From: Asterias rubens | Lineage: Eukaryota | Length of the DNA: 64,000 nucleotides | Direction: 5' to 3' | Assembly (NCBI RefSeq): GCF_902459465.1 | Contig: NC_047066.1 | Span: forward strand, 17,298,001 to 17,362,000 | Shown: piece by piece, positions 1-11,524 of the stretch | How the letters are laid out: each line of letters opens with the position of its first letter | How positions within the stretch are numbered: the stretch's first letter is position 1 | Notes under the pieces: generated by a model | The model's input: the letters and a program-made list of their open reading frames with translations, nothing else | Database searches by the model: none | What the model was told of the DNA's origin: nothing | Made by a program: the position numbers and the translations under genes

Positions 1-77
1 CAAACACATAGTTAAATTATTTAGGACATTACCAATTTATGTTTATGCATGTGATTAAGAATAAGCCCAAATAATAC

Positions 78-559
78 GTACCCAAGTTGGAAATCCCGAA
101 GTTATTTCGAACCCAAGTCAAGTCATACCAAAGTCAATTCATACCCGAGTTAACTCTTACCCAAGTCAACTCGTACCCGAGTCAACTCGTACCCTGATTC
201 AACACGTAGTATTCTTCTAATGTTTTAAACATTTCAGCCTGTAATTTCGTTTTTATATAATGTTTGATGCATGAAAGACATAGACCTAAAAAGGGTTAAC
301 TTCTTTAACCGTAATATTCTTTCAATGTTTATAAGAGTCGGCCTGTAGTTTTTGTTTTGATGTTCCTCTCTTTTCTGCTTAAAAACTATTTTCAAAGACA
401 AAATAGACGATGTATAAAACGAGTTGGGTACGAATTGACTTGGGTACGAGTTGACCCGGGTACGAGTTGACTTAGGTACGAGTTGACTTGGGTACCAGTT
501 GACCCGGGTACGAGTTGACTTAGGTACCAGTTGACTTGGGTACCAGTTGACTTGGGTAC
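78..559. mobile_element. MITE-like element with inverted arrays of a 10-bp-period motif
   Basis: tacccaagtcaactcg-type repeats at 111-200 and their reverse complements (gagttgacttgggtac) at 420-559. Confidence 0.55.
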
Positions 560-643
560 AAGATGACCAGAATTTGTATGTAATCCCCCCCCCCCCAACA
601 AATTATATACAAATTAATCAACCGTTTGCTCTTTATATTTCAG

Positions 644-714
644 GGAAGTCACTAATCAAGTACCGTGTGTGTTACAATGATGATGGCATGACACGCTCCT
701 TATTTGAGCACCAG
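644..714 (+). pseudogene. possible upstream exon of the Crypton-like gene
   Basis: tttcag|..GKSLIKYRVCYNDDGMTRSLFEHQ|gtgagt; good splice signals, link to the recombinase is inferred from position only. Confidence 0.3.
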
Positions 715-993
715 GTGAGTAAATATGTCATGTATTAATTCCATCGATATGAAATTCATAAAATGCTATGTTACTTCAATATGATATTATTTTATGTACA
801 ATTGAGACGTTTTTCCAAGGTTTACGTGTTGAGGCAAACAAATGTCCTCTCTAAATGTAACAGAGTGCCAAACCACTTGCTGTTGACGGCAAACGAATCG
901 CTTTATAGTAAAAGCTGCATAATAACCAATGCGTGCCACCCCCACCCCCCCCCCCCACCCCCATGGGATATACTGTTTGAAAGGATGGTTTAA

Positions 994-1252
994 AGGAACA
1001 CGTTGCCTTGGATCGGTCGAGTTGGTCTTTAAAAAGCATTTGTAACCGTTTTTGATAACATGCATGGGTAGAAAGATGTTGTAAAAGTAGAGAACAATGA
1101 TCCACACAAACATGCCTCGAAATTGCACGGTTTTCCTTTTACCTCGTCGACTAACGCGGTCGGCCATTTATGGGAGTCACATTTTTGACTCCCATAAATG
1201 GCCGACCGTGTTAGTTCGCACAGTAAAAGGAAAACCACGCACTTTCGAGGCA
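994..1252. mobile_element. palindromic TTAA-flanked (Kolobok-like) MITE, right arm truncated
   Basis: TTAA|AGGAACACG start; ~140-bp imperfect hairpin 1113-1252 with perfect core cggtcggccatttatgggagtca/tgactcccataaatggccgaccg. Confidence 0.7.
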
Positions 1253-2336
1253 CACTAGTGCAGCCATTGTGAATGGTGATTCTGTGATGACTGATCTTAA
1301 ACGTCACCTCTGTAAAATGTTCAAAGTCATTGAAATAGTTGGAAAGAGGAGCAGAACTGTTCCTTTGCTTCTTGGTACTAATGTGGTGGCGTGGTTGAAG
1401 GCTCTGGTCGCAAATAGAAATGCAGCTGGAGTGGCACAAGACAACATGTTCTTATTCGCACAAAGTTGTTACGGAGGCACAGGTCATATACGAGGAAGCG
1501 ACTGTCTACGAACATATGCTAATGAGGCGGCCTTGAGAATGGTGATAGCATGCGGTCTACAAAGCTTCGTAAACATGTAGCGACTGTTTCACCAATTCTG
1601 GCCTTGAATGAACATCAGCTTGAAACACTTGCAGACTTCATGGGTCATGATTTGCAGGTCCATCGTGAGTGCTACCAGTTGCCAGACACTGTCCAGAGGG
1701 TTACCAAACAGTCAAGACTTTTCCTGAGCTTGGAGAGAGGCAACTTGGTTTTGCAACATGGCAAATCTTTGGAGGAGTTGCATGTTACTGGAGGTAAACA
1801 AACCCGTTTGTAACTTTTCTTTCCAAATTAAAATAAACTGTTGTTTTTGGCTCTCAGACCCTCCCCCTACTCACCCAAAAACTCTTGTTGGGGCCTGATA
1901 ACTTGGCCTGTGACCATCATCACCTAACAGTAACACCCCCCCCCCCCCATAACAATCATTCACTGTACAACTATTTTGTGCTCAATTGCTTATTGATTTA
2001 CTCAGGGAGTAAATGTCACATTGGTAAAATGTCAATTTGTAGGTTATGAATAGGCCCCATTGAGATTATGTTTCCTAATTTTCCTCTTCTTTCTTCCTGT
2101 GCGTTGTAGGAAAGCCACCAACCCAAACAGCTCCAAAAGCTCGACAAGTCAAGCGACGCCCCTGGACTGCCCAGGAAAAGAAAGACGTAACCGAGGGCTT
2201 GCAGAGATTCTTTTTGCTGAAGTAGATTCCAGGAAAACGTGACATCGAATCGTCCTGTCCTGTGGCATTGCACACCAGAACTTGGAGAAACATTAAGGAC
2301 TTTTGTAGAAACACGATGACACTTCAACAAATTTAA
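1253..2336 (+). pseudogene. Crypton-like tyrosine recombinase pseudogene (2 exons: 1253-1793, 2110-2336) with C-terminal Myb/SANT-like segment
   Basis: EIVGKRSRTVPLLL, RSTKLRKHVAT, LADFMGHDLQVHRECYQLP motifs (phage-integrase-fold catalytic K, H/R, H, Y); one frameshift near 1545; GT-AG intron 1794-2109 joins in phase to KRRPWTAQEKK..IPGKRD..RTWRNIKDFCRN* with an internal TAG. Confidence 0.8.
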
Positions 2337-3149
2337 GGTCCCATGCACCACCAAAGTAGTCATAACCTAGAGTGACTCTGTAGGCACAGCCAAATGATTA
2401 GTCTAGACTTTTGGCCTGCCCCCCCCCCCCCCCCAAAGAACAAGAATGTACCAAAAAAAAAAATTGTGACAAAATTATGCTTTGAGGGAATTTTTCCACC
2501 TTTTATACAAAATTGTTGTTCACCTGTTCTTTTTTCGATTGGGGGCTCCGTTTTTTTTAATCCTTTTTTTCTTCTTCATAAAACATTTTTTAAGCTACTC
2601 ACACAATAACACTGTCAATATAACAAAATGCAGTATTCCTACGTTTTGACATCATCAATCTTTTTTTTATTGTTACCTGAAAACTCCTAGCAAAAAGAAA
2701 TTAGGAGCCATGAAACAAAACAGCATAATATTGGAATGTTGCGATCATAAGAAATAAGGGATTCGACACGAGGTGTACCGACTGACAAACCCACGATGAC
2801 AAACATGTACTCTGATGTCTGGCTCCCAACCCCTCCCAAGCTCATGGCGAGACCCGCAAGCTGGGAGTCCATAGCGCCCGGGATTACACCTCCAGCCCCC
2901 CCCCCCCCCCGAGACACGGCATGTGCGGTACGTGATATGCCCCAAGGCTTACGTTCCGATTGCTCCACGCCGTGGGGCCATATAACAAGCTTCCGTTACA
3001 CGTACTCTTTGAATGCGAATCTTATGTTAAATTTTTCACCATTATTTAAATTTTGTAGCGATAATTTGAATACATGATCTTTTTCGTCACTTACTCATTA
3101 ATAATTTTGTAAAAAAAAGGACAGGAATTTGCACAAAACAAAAAACATT

Positions 3150-3522
3150 GCAAAAAACCATCCAAGTGCGCGAACGGGGGATAATGAACAGGACGGGAAC
3201 AAAATTATTTCGACAAATACAAAATGGGAAAAACAGGACGAGAAAATAATGATCAGGACGGAAAAAAATTAACGGAGCTGGGGAAATAATACGGGGGAAA
3301 AAGGGGACTAATAAATGTTACTGGCCAGGAAAAAAATAGCTGAACAGGAAAAAAAAAAAATAAGCGGAGTACAAACAGGGACATGGTAATTGGTATCGTG
3401 AGGTCACTCTTTGCTTAGCAATTAAGATTGATACAAAGTTAAGATCAATCTTAGTGCTTTGTGAAATCGAAACAGCGCGGAACTCTATCGGGACCCGCGC
3501 TAGGCGCGGGTTTCCCGCTAGT
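3150..3522 (+). mobile_element. Helitron-like 3' terminus
   Basis: GC hairpin acccgcgc-tag-gcgcgggt (3493-3511) followed by CTAG|T at 3518-3522; 5' end not defined. Confidence 0.6.
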
Positions 3523-3812
3523 ATATAATCAATTACATAACATGGAAAACCGAAGTACGTCATTGTAGCTTTATGATACACTTTATTCTACAATGCAATC
3601 TATTCATGCGTGGGGTATAAACACATTTCTCGCCAATCGTCAAGCATTTCTTCTTTAAATTTATACTCGGTAATATTTCATTTGTTGTATCTTATTGCAA
3701 TAGGATACAACAAGCTGCTATTGGCCTAACAAAAACCAGTCTAACAAGGCAAGAAAGCATCTAAGACCGGACACAGAGCGGTGGAAAAGTTACAAAACCA
3801 GACGGGTTGGGT

Positions 3813-4147
3813 TAATAATAATAATAATAATTTGGGGGGCTAATCGTCCTTACTCGCAGCTAAGAGCTGAATTGCGAAGGACGCGGCTACAACGTGTTCG
3901 AGAAGCAGGCATGCAAGGGCGCAATCAGCTGCCAGCCACATCAACCCATTATGACCACGGAGCACAGCCAAGATCAAAAGTGTTTGATTTTTTCCTGAGG
4001 GAGGAAAACCGGATAGTCTGGAAAACCCTCGTGGCACAGCAGAGAACCATCGCACAACTCAACTCACATATGGCCCCGACCGGGAATCGAACCGGGGTCA
4101 CCTTGGTGAGAGGCAAGCGCTTTACGCACAAGCCAACCGTGCCACCC
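3813..4147 (-). mobile_element. tRNA-derived SINE with (ATT)n tail
   Basis: Minus strand head with B box GGTTCGATTCC, central gagggttttcc..ccggttttcctccc domain (Meta/V-SINE-like), ATT-repeat tail. Confidence 0.85.
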
Positions 4148-4552
4148 AAGTGGGTAAGTTAATCAAACATTCAGCTGTTATTCCAATTGTGTATCCTCCC
4201 ATTTTAGTTTTATAGAGAAATGTGTTTTAGGGAGTGTCTATAAAATTATGGAGCACTCATTACAACAAGTGAGTCATATTTGACAAGAGTATCTTCAGAT
4301 ATGAACTGAGTTGAGTATCAACTTGTTCAAACCATTCTTTACTGGTGTAAAAATACTTATTTTATCCTCAACATAATTATAATACAGATGCGGTATAATG
4401 CTCTTGTAACCTCCCATCCAGATGATGATGTAGGCGATATTGAACCGTGAGTAAGAGGCCCTGATATGGACCCATGCGCTTTGTTGAGGATAATGATGCT
4501 GAATGGGGAATCAGAAGGTGCTTATGGGTAAGAACCTCAAGAGCCCATACAT

Positions 4553-7500
4553 TCCCTTTGCCTGTCCTTATGTGTTGGATAACTCGACCTCTTTTTTTCT
4601 CGTGTTCGACCTGAACGGACGTGTTTGGATTTCCGTCTTCGAAAGTATTGTACAAGCTTTCAGATTCTGTTTTTTTGTAAAGTTTTATAAGGACATGGGT
4701 ATACAAAGTTTTTTTAGGAATGGCAGAATCTCGTTGTTCGAGACGCACTGCGTCGTCGGCACGGCTTCGGCCTCGCTCTCCCTCTGCAGATTCCACTGGG
4801 AGAGATATTTCTGTTTCCTTTACCAGGGACATGCTTTCCCTGCCTCTGGCTCCTGGTAACATTTCAGATGCTAATGTCCTGGAGCTATGCCTTCCAGGCC
4901 TCTATCTTTAGGTACCTTGGACCCTGCTACTCCAATCGCTCCCTCCGGGGCTTCGGTTTCTGAAGCAAGAACTAAAAGCATGGCCTCTTCCACACCCAAG
5001 CCGACTGTGGCTCTTCAGAGCGCAAGTCGTCTTGCCCAGCTCATCAATCTGACTGGGGCAGACGACATCGCAAGAAGAAACGGCGTTACTCTAGTCAAAG
5101 CTCCCTGTCCTCGAATGGGTCCACTTCTTCGTCTAGCTTTCCGGCTGGTGAGCGTCGCCGTCTCCTCTCTAGCACTTCTACCCGCTCAATGCTAACACAT
5201 CTCACAGCTACTATGTCAGCATAAGTGCAACGACCGGCTGCTTAATGCTCCAGCTTCAGCAGTTATTCCGGATCCTGGTCAGATGTCGGAGGGAATCGTA
5301 TCTCTTTTCCCTCTGGTGAGTTCTCTGATAATTCTGATTCTCATCCACGACGATTGGCCCCTGCTCCTTTGGCTTCCCTCTACCATGGGACAGAGCCTAA
5401 CCCAGATAGGGCTAAAGAAGCTACAGCCCCCTTACCCCCTGGGGATGGAGAGTCTTCTCACCCAGATCAAGCTGTATACTATTCTTCAGGCAATGAATCG
5501 GGGGACTCTGTCATTCTTTCCACAGCCGACATTAGACTGCGCCGGGTTATTCAGGATATGGTTCGATTCCTAAATATCCCATGGGAGGGGGATCCTACAC
5601 CTGACCAAGAAGCCCACCAGTCATTCAAAAAACGCACCGGCCAGGCTGATACTAGGGCCCAGTCCTTCTCAGTTCTCCCTGTAGACTGCCTCTGCGCTGA
5701 CCGTATTGAGGTTATCGCAGAGGTTAAGAAATGGCGCCCTGTGGCTAAACGTGATGTCCGTCATTTTCGGGTTCCGAGGAATTACTTTGACAAGTTTCTT
5801 GCAGTTCCCACCTTACCTGATGCAGCACGTGACAAATCAGCGGCCGACTCCGGGGGGTGTTCCTCCCTCGAGTCCCCATTCTTAAGTAAGGAACGCAATA
5901 CACTGGAAGACACCCTCATCAACGTAGACAAGGCCTCCAGAGCTGGTCTCTGTGTTACTTGCTTCCTACAACTGCTCTCTGAGTACTTGGTGTGCTCCTG
6001 TGAGGCAGACTCACCAGTGTCACCTAATGCAGTTGAGCTGGCTTTCTGCTGCCTGGACGACAGTTAATGCATCTGCATTGAGCAGTTCACCCGGGTATCC
6101 GCTCTTGCTACTTCTACCCGGTGAGGAATCGTCCTTGCTGCAATTTTTCTCCCCACCGAGGGGCTCGGTCTCGACTCTAAGCCCTCCCTCGATTGGGTAC
6201 GGACCTCTTTCTGGGTAAATTCCAACAGACCCTTGAAGAAGAGGCCAAGCGCATCAAAGCAACAGACAAAATGAATCAACGCAAGTCTTCCCAGAATGTC
6301 TCTGGCCCTGGTCGTGGTGGGAAACCGGGCTCCGGCCCCCGCTTCCCTCGCAAGCCCTTAGAGCTGCAGGTCGTACTCCATCGGCTAGCCCAGCTAACCC
6401 CTACTCTTCCCCACAGCCATTGTTGGCTCCCAGTGCCCCGCGCGGCAGCCACAATCGGGGTTCCCGGATTTCATACGCCCCTCGCCCCAAAGCTAATTAT
6501 GGGAGCGGTCGGAGTAGGCCATGGCGTCGGTGATGCTTTTCTTTTAGCAGCCCCCTATTACAGGCCTGTAGGGGGCCGCCTCAAGTCTTTCGCAAAGACT
6601 TGGGCCCTTTTGTGCAGCGACAGATGGGTGCTCGATACTGTCGCTCATGGATACAAACTAGAATTCAGGAGCACCCCTCCGTCGTCGTACCTCCCTCAGC
6701 CTACGCCGATCACATCCGATCATTTTCAACGCTTGGCTCTTGAATCGGAGATTCTTGCCTTACTTAAAAAAAAGGCATTATACTGTTTGCAATATCCCTA
6801 AACAACCAGCTACCGGTATACTGCGCTCGCAGTCGGGATCCTCAGGCTTGGGCATCAGATGCCCTGTCAATCAACTGGGAAAACATGTACGCTTATGCTT
6901 ACGCTTATGCTCACTAATTCCAAGGGTATTAGCCAAAATAGAAGTGGAGACTTACAGGGTGCTCCTCATTGCACCTTTCTGGCCTCGACAAGCATGGTTT
7001 CAGAGGCTCATTCGCCTCCTCATACATGTACATCCCCCAGTCTTACTTCCCCGATGGGCGGATCTCATAGCCCAACCCCGGTTGAAGATCTACCACCCGG
7101 GTCGGAGAACCTCCACTTAACGAGTTGGATGTTGTCCAACATTCCTTCAGATCAGCAGACCTTTCATCAGACGCTGCATCCATGGCCGCCGAAAGTCCAC
7201 TAGAAGGACCTACGACAGCCGGCTTCAACATTACCATAAATGGTGCCGGCACAACTCTTTTGATCCCTGCTCAGCACCTTTAAAAGTCATTGGTGATTTT
7301 CTGATGAAATTCGTCAATCAGGGTCTCACAGCTTGGCCACTATTCAAGGCTGGGAGCAGTTCACTCTGGGTTCCCAGATGGATCTTCCATCTCAAACAAT
7401 AACGCATTAACCCAAATGCTCCGGGGCATATTCATCGAGCGCCGCTCGAACAAAAAGCTTCTCCCTGCTTGGGACTTAGGACAAGTCCTTCACACTTTGT

Positions 7501-8075
7501 CTAGGGCCCCTTTCGAACCCCTATCGAATGCCTCACTTATAGATTTGTCTGTGAAAACAGCATTTCTGATGGCTATCGCAACCAGTAGAAGACGGAGCGA
7601 GATCCATGCCTTATCAATTGATACAGGTCACATCCGCTGGGAACCAGGCGGTGTCCGCCTCGTCCAAAATATAACATTCTTAGCAAAGAACCTGTCTCCG
7701 TCATACACCCCCCCCCCTGATTTCATTCCAGATATCAAATCGTTCTCGTCAGTTACTGAGGATAAATTATGGTGCCCTGTTCGAGCTCTGAAGTGGTACA
7801 TTGCCCGCACTAAGACGCTCAGAGGCCCCGTAACCCAACTTTTCATAACTACTACCAGCCCATATAGGGCAGTTTCACCTGACACTATCTCCTTTTGGAT
7901 AGTTAGAGTGATACGTTCGTTGTGGCTTCCTGGCCTTCACCCATGGCCGATAATCATCCAATTAGTGCTCATGAGACCAGGTCCATGTCCACTTTATGGG
8001 CTTTTCTTAAAGGTGTTCCTCTCCAGGATATCGTACAGGCAGCAGCCTGGAAAACACCTTCCACATTCATGAGAT
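4553..8075 (+). mobile_element. DIRS1-like tyrosine-recombinase retrotransposon, internally deleted and degenerate
   Basis: gag-like ORFs 4720-6290 ending GTDLFLGKFQQTLEEEAKR; RT N-terminal stub PVGGRLKSFAKTW..DRWVLDTVAHGYKLEF (6555-6790); methyltransferase C-half NNQLPVYC..DALSINW..RVLAKI..LLIAPFWPRQAWF; YR with AWDLGQVL, TAFLMAIATSRRRSEIHAL, LWCPVRAL, AHETRS..AAAWKTPSTF. 5' boundary approximate. Confidence 0.9.
7150..8075 (+). pseudogene. DIRS tyrosine recombinase, frameshifted and 3'-truncated
   Basis: R, HxxR and W catalytic-region motifs present; frameshift near 7930; sequence diverges where the catalytic Tyr is expected. Confidence 0.85.
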
Positions 8076-8296
8076 GCCCAACCTTTTCTGAATAACAACC
8101 ATTTTTAACAGTATGGTCGAGTTCTGAATGTGAGCTGCTTCACCTGGAAAGACTGAAACGGTTTAAACGCGAAAAAAGTAATTGACTTTCTGTTTGCAAC
8201 ACCTTAACCTATGTTAATGAATGGATTATTTTACAGGAAATTGAAGAAAACAATGGTGATGTTGATAGTGCTCCAGAGGTTGAAGAATTGACATGT

Positions 8297-8574
8297 TTGG
8301 TAATTACTCAAAGTATATGTTAGCATAAAAACTTACTTGGTAACGAGTAGCGGAGAGGGTGAGAAACCACTCCCTCTGAAATAACGTAGTTTTTGAGAAA
8401 GAGGTAATTTCTCACTAAAATATTATAAGACTTGTGTTTTTTCTTTTATCATTTTCTTGCAACTTCAATGACGATTCAGCTCAAATTTTCACAGGTTTGT
8501 TATTTTATGCATATTATGTTGGGATACAAGTGAGAATACTGGTCTTAGACAATTACCAAACGTGTCCAGAGCCT
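8297..8574 (+). mobile_element. Kolobok-like MITE family 1, partial
   Basis: Matches the ~375-bp AGGCAGTGGACAC family; ends gcct|TTAA. Confidence 0.8.
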
Positions 8575-8910
8575 TTAAGTTAAGAAGCACAACTCCTTTT
8601 TGTTTCAAAAGTTGGTTCCATTCCACACTGTCTTTTGTGTTGTGCCATTCGATCAGGGTGCTGGTTTTCGTAGCCCCTAGTGGAGTGGCTTATCTGAAAT
8701 AACAAAACTCTTTGCTATTGCTACAGTGCTCAATGTATGGGGAGTTCACATTCAACAACTCCCCCACAACTCCCCTTTAGTACAGCACCAAAGCGTTCTT
8801 ACACTGTTATATGGAAACCAGCACACTGATCGATAACAGCACCATGCGGATAATGTGTTTGCACGATGCATCCGCAATGTTTTGAAAATGAAAATGAAAA
8901 TTTTGAAATG

Positions 8911-9061
8911 ATTTTTGGGGTTGAACAAAGAATTGACTAGAGTGGGATTCGAACCAACGACCTCCGCATCAGTTCCTCAGTTGGTAGAGCGCCGGCACGT
9001 TAATCCGGAGGTCGTTGGTTCGAATCCCACTCTAGTCAATTCTTTGTTCAACCCCAAAAAT
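8911..9061. mobile_element. palindromic tRNA(Asn)-derived element
   Basis: Perfect 56-bp inverted repeat (8911-8966 / 9006-9061) with 39-bp spacer; 8976-9037 reads as D arm, anticodon loop GTT and T arm with GGTTCGAATCC; acceptor stem absent. Confidence 0.75.
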
Positions 9062-9693
9062 AATTTTTAACTCCTAAGATCTATTGCGGCATATTGTTTG
9101 CTGCTGGTGCATTATAGTCAAATTCAAGCTGAAAGGATTGAAGTTGTTGGGAATAGTCGTGAGCGAAAATTGGTTCACCAAGCGGTAGTGAAGACTTTTT
9201 TTGAATTAGTCAAGGCAGCATAATTATCTGGGTAGTTGAAAAATTGTAGTCGTAACTCGACTAGGCAATCAATAGTCGCGACTTTGACACAAGTCACACT
9301 GTCGCTCAGGGCTTATAGTCATCAGTAGAGGAAATATCACCTGTGATTCAGCAGAAGAAACTTCACCAGTGTTTATAAAGATATAAGTTCAATTCTAACT
9401 CTAGAAAAGTAGCATAAAGCAAACTGATCTGTACTTATTTGCTCATATTTGCTAGCCACTAACTACAGCTGAAAAATATAGATTTGAAAAAGCTTGAAAA
9501 TTCTGAAATACTAGCAGAACAGTTGCCAGAAGTAATCGTGTTTCCTGCACTACAAGTGGAGATCATCATTATTGAGTGAGTTAAATACACTAACATTTTC
9601 TCAGCTATAGAGAAGATGAGGACAACAAATTTATTTATTAGCACCGTGTTATTTGTAATCTTAAAACTTAAGCTAATTGTTACTTTTGTTTAA

Positions 9694-10078
9694 AGACAGT
9701 GTACACTATTGGTAATTGTAAAAGATCAGTCTTCTCACTTGGTGTATCTCATCATATGCATAAAATAACACACCTGTGAAAATTTGAGCTCAATCTGACT
9801 TCAGAGTTGCAAGATAACTATAAAGAGAAAAAAACACCTTGTCACACGAAGTTGTGTGTGTTTAGATGGTTGATTTCGAGACCTCAAGTTCTAAACATGA
9901 GGTCTCGAAATCAAATTCGTGGAAAACTACTCCTTTCTACAAAACTAGGTCACTTCAGAGGGAGCTGTTTCTCACAATGTTTTATACCATCAACATCCCA
10001 ACCTCCCCATTACTTGTTACAAAGTAAGGTTTTATGCCAATCATTATTTTGAGTAATTACCAATAGTGTCCACTGTCT
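9694..10078 (-). mobile_element. Kolobok-like MITE family 1
   Basis: TTAA|AGACAGTGTACAC..GTGTCCACTGTCT termini. Confidence 0.85.
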
Positions 10079-10390
10079 AGCCATTGGATACTTTCGGAAA
10101 AACAGTATTGTTCAAATTATATATAAAATAACAAACCTGTGAAAAATTAGGCTCAACCGGTCATCAGAGTCGGGAGAAAGAAACGGGACAACCCACCCTT
10201 GTTTCAGCACGTTTCGCCATGTCATGACATGTGTTAAAAATAAATCCGTAATTCTCAATATCGAGAATTGATAATTGTTTTAATGTTTTCTCAAAAAGTA
10301 AAGCATTTCATGGAATAATATTTCAAGAGAAGTCTTTCACCATTACCTTCTGTAAACCCTGTAAGTTATTTGTAAATATGTGAACTTTTA
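10079..10390 (+). mobile_element. Kolobok-like MITE family 2, partial
   Basis: AGCCATTGGA(T/C)ACTTTCGG start; same as copies at 14978 and 20465. Confidence 0.8.
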
Positions 10391-11367
10391 TATAATAAAA
10401 TAAAACTTTCTTTGTAGTATACGGCAATGCTTGATAGTTGGAGTATATTTTTTATTCTACATGTAATAGAATAGTTATCTGAATACTCTAGTTTTCAGAT
10501 AACATCACTTCCAAATTTCGCTGCTTCAGGGTTTGTACAAGTTTTTGTCTTAATTGGTTAGTCAGCAACATGCCTTGCATTGAAACTATGTTTTATGACA
10601 ATTTTGGTGTGTTTTTGTTGATGAAAACAATCATGATTAGTAAGCTTTCACTAAAATAAATTGTTGTTTAATCAAGTGAAGCTACACAAAATTGAACAGG
10701 AAGTGGGCTGTTTTTATAATTATTAAAAGTTATTAAGGTATTTTAAAAAATTAAATCGTCAGCAAGTGAACATGCATATGTTGCAATAAAAATTGTTGGA
10801 GTATGATTATTGTTGTTTAATTAGTTGTGTTTTTACAATCATTTTAATGTCTCACAAAAAAAAAGAAAACGATGCACGTTTGTTGTCGCACATTGTTATA
10901 TTTCCTAAGTGAGCCACATGAAGCCGAAAGCCAGGAGTGCATTTTGGCAACCCCAACCAGGATCATTGGTCATCGCTTGAGCGTTTTTCGCTGTACGGTT
11001 GAGCGCGGTGACGATGTTGACTTGTTGAGTCTGTTGGGCTTTGGTTGGGGTCGCTAGAATGCACTCCAGTGAAGCCCAAGTTTGTGAAACAAACTGGACG
11101 CCATTTGGTTAATCGGAAGCCAAAGCCCCAAAAAGTTAATCCAAAGCCTGAAGCCAAATTCAGCCATTTCGAAAAAAGCTTTAAGGTTGACAATTAATTT
11201 GCACTGGAACCCGGCTGGCTGTACCATGGAGCTATATTTTTCTATAGCTCCAGGCGAAGCCCACATCGCTCGTACCACCGTCGCTCAGACAGGGTCTGTT
11301 CCTTCGCGAACATTGGCTGCAGTACACAGAAAAACCAAACACACAAGATATTATTATATCCGTACTA

Positions 11368-11504
11368 NNNNNNNNNNNNNNNNNNNNNNNNNNNNNNNNN
11401 NNNNNNNNNNNNNNNNNNNNNNNNNNNNNNNNNNNNNNNNNNNNNNNNNNNNNNNNNNNNNNNNNNNNNNNNNNNNNNNNNNNNNNNNNNNNNNNNNNNN
11501 NNNN
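11368..11504. other. assembly gap (N run)
   Basis: 137 Ns. Confidence 1.
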
Positions 11505-11524
11505 TCTTTTGCATGCTGTGATAA

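Noticed and set aside
586-2910. Poly-C tracts as G-quadruplex system
   Set aside because: Isolated homopolymer runs scattered through the window with no consistent context.
1253-8075. Functional link between the two neighbouring tyrosine recombinases
   Set aside because: They belong to unrelated element classes, are both decayed, and are separated by other insertions; co-location is expected in a TE-dense region.
8115-8300. Plus-strand host exons after the DIRS element (also 4390-4530)
   Set aside because: Phases do not chain; one apparent donor is the start of a MITE; YGRVL may be DIRS residue.
8976-9037. Functional tRNA-Asn gene
   Set aside because: No acceptor stem, mismatched arms, embedded in a palindrome.
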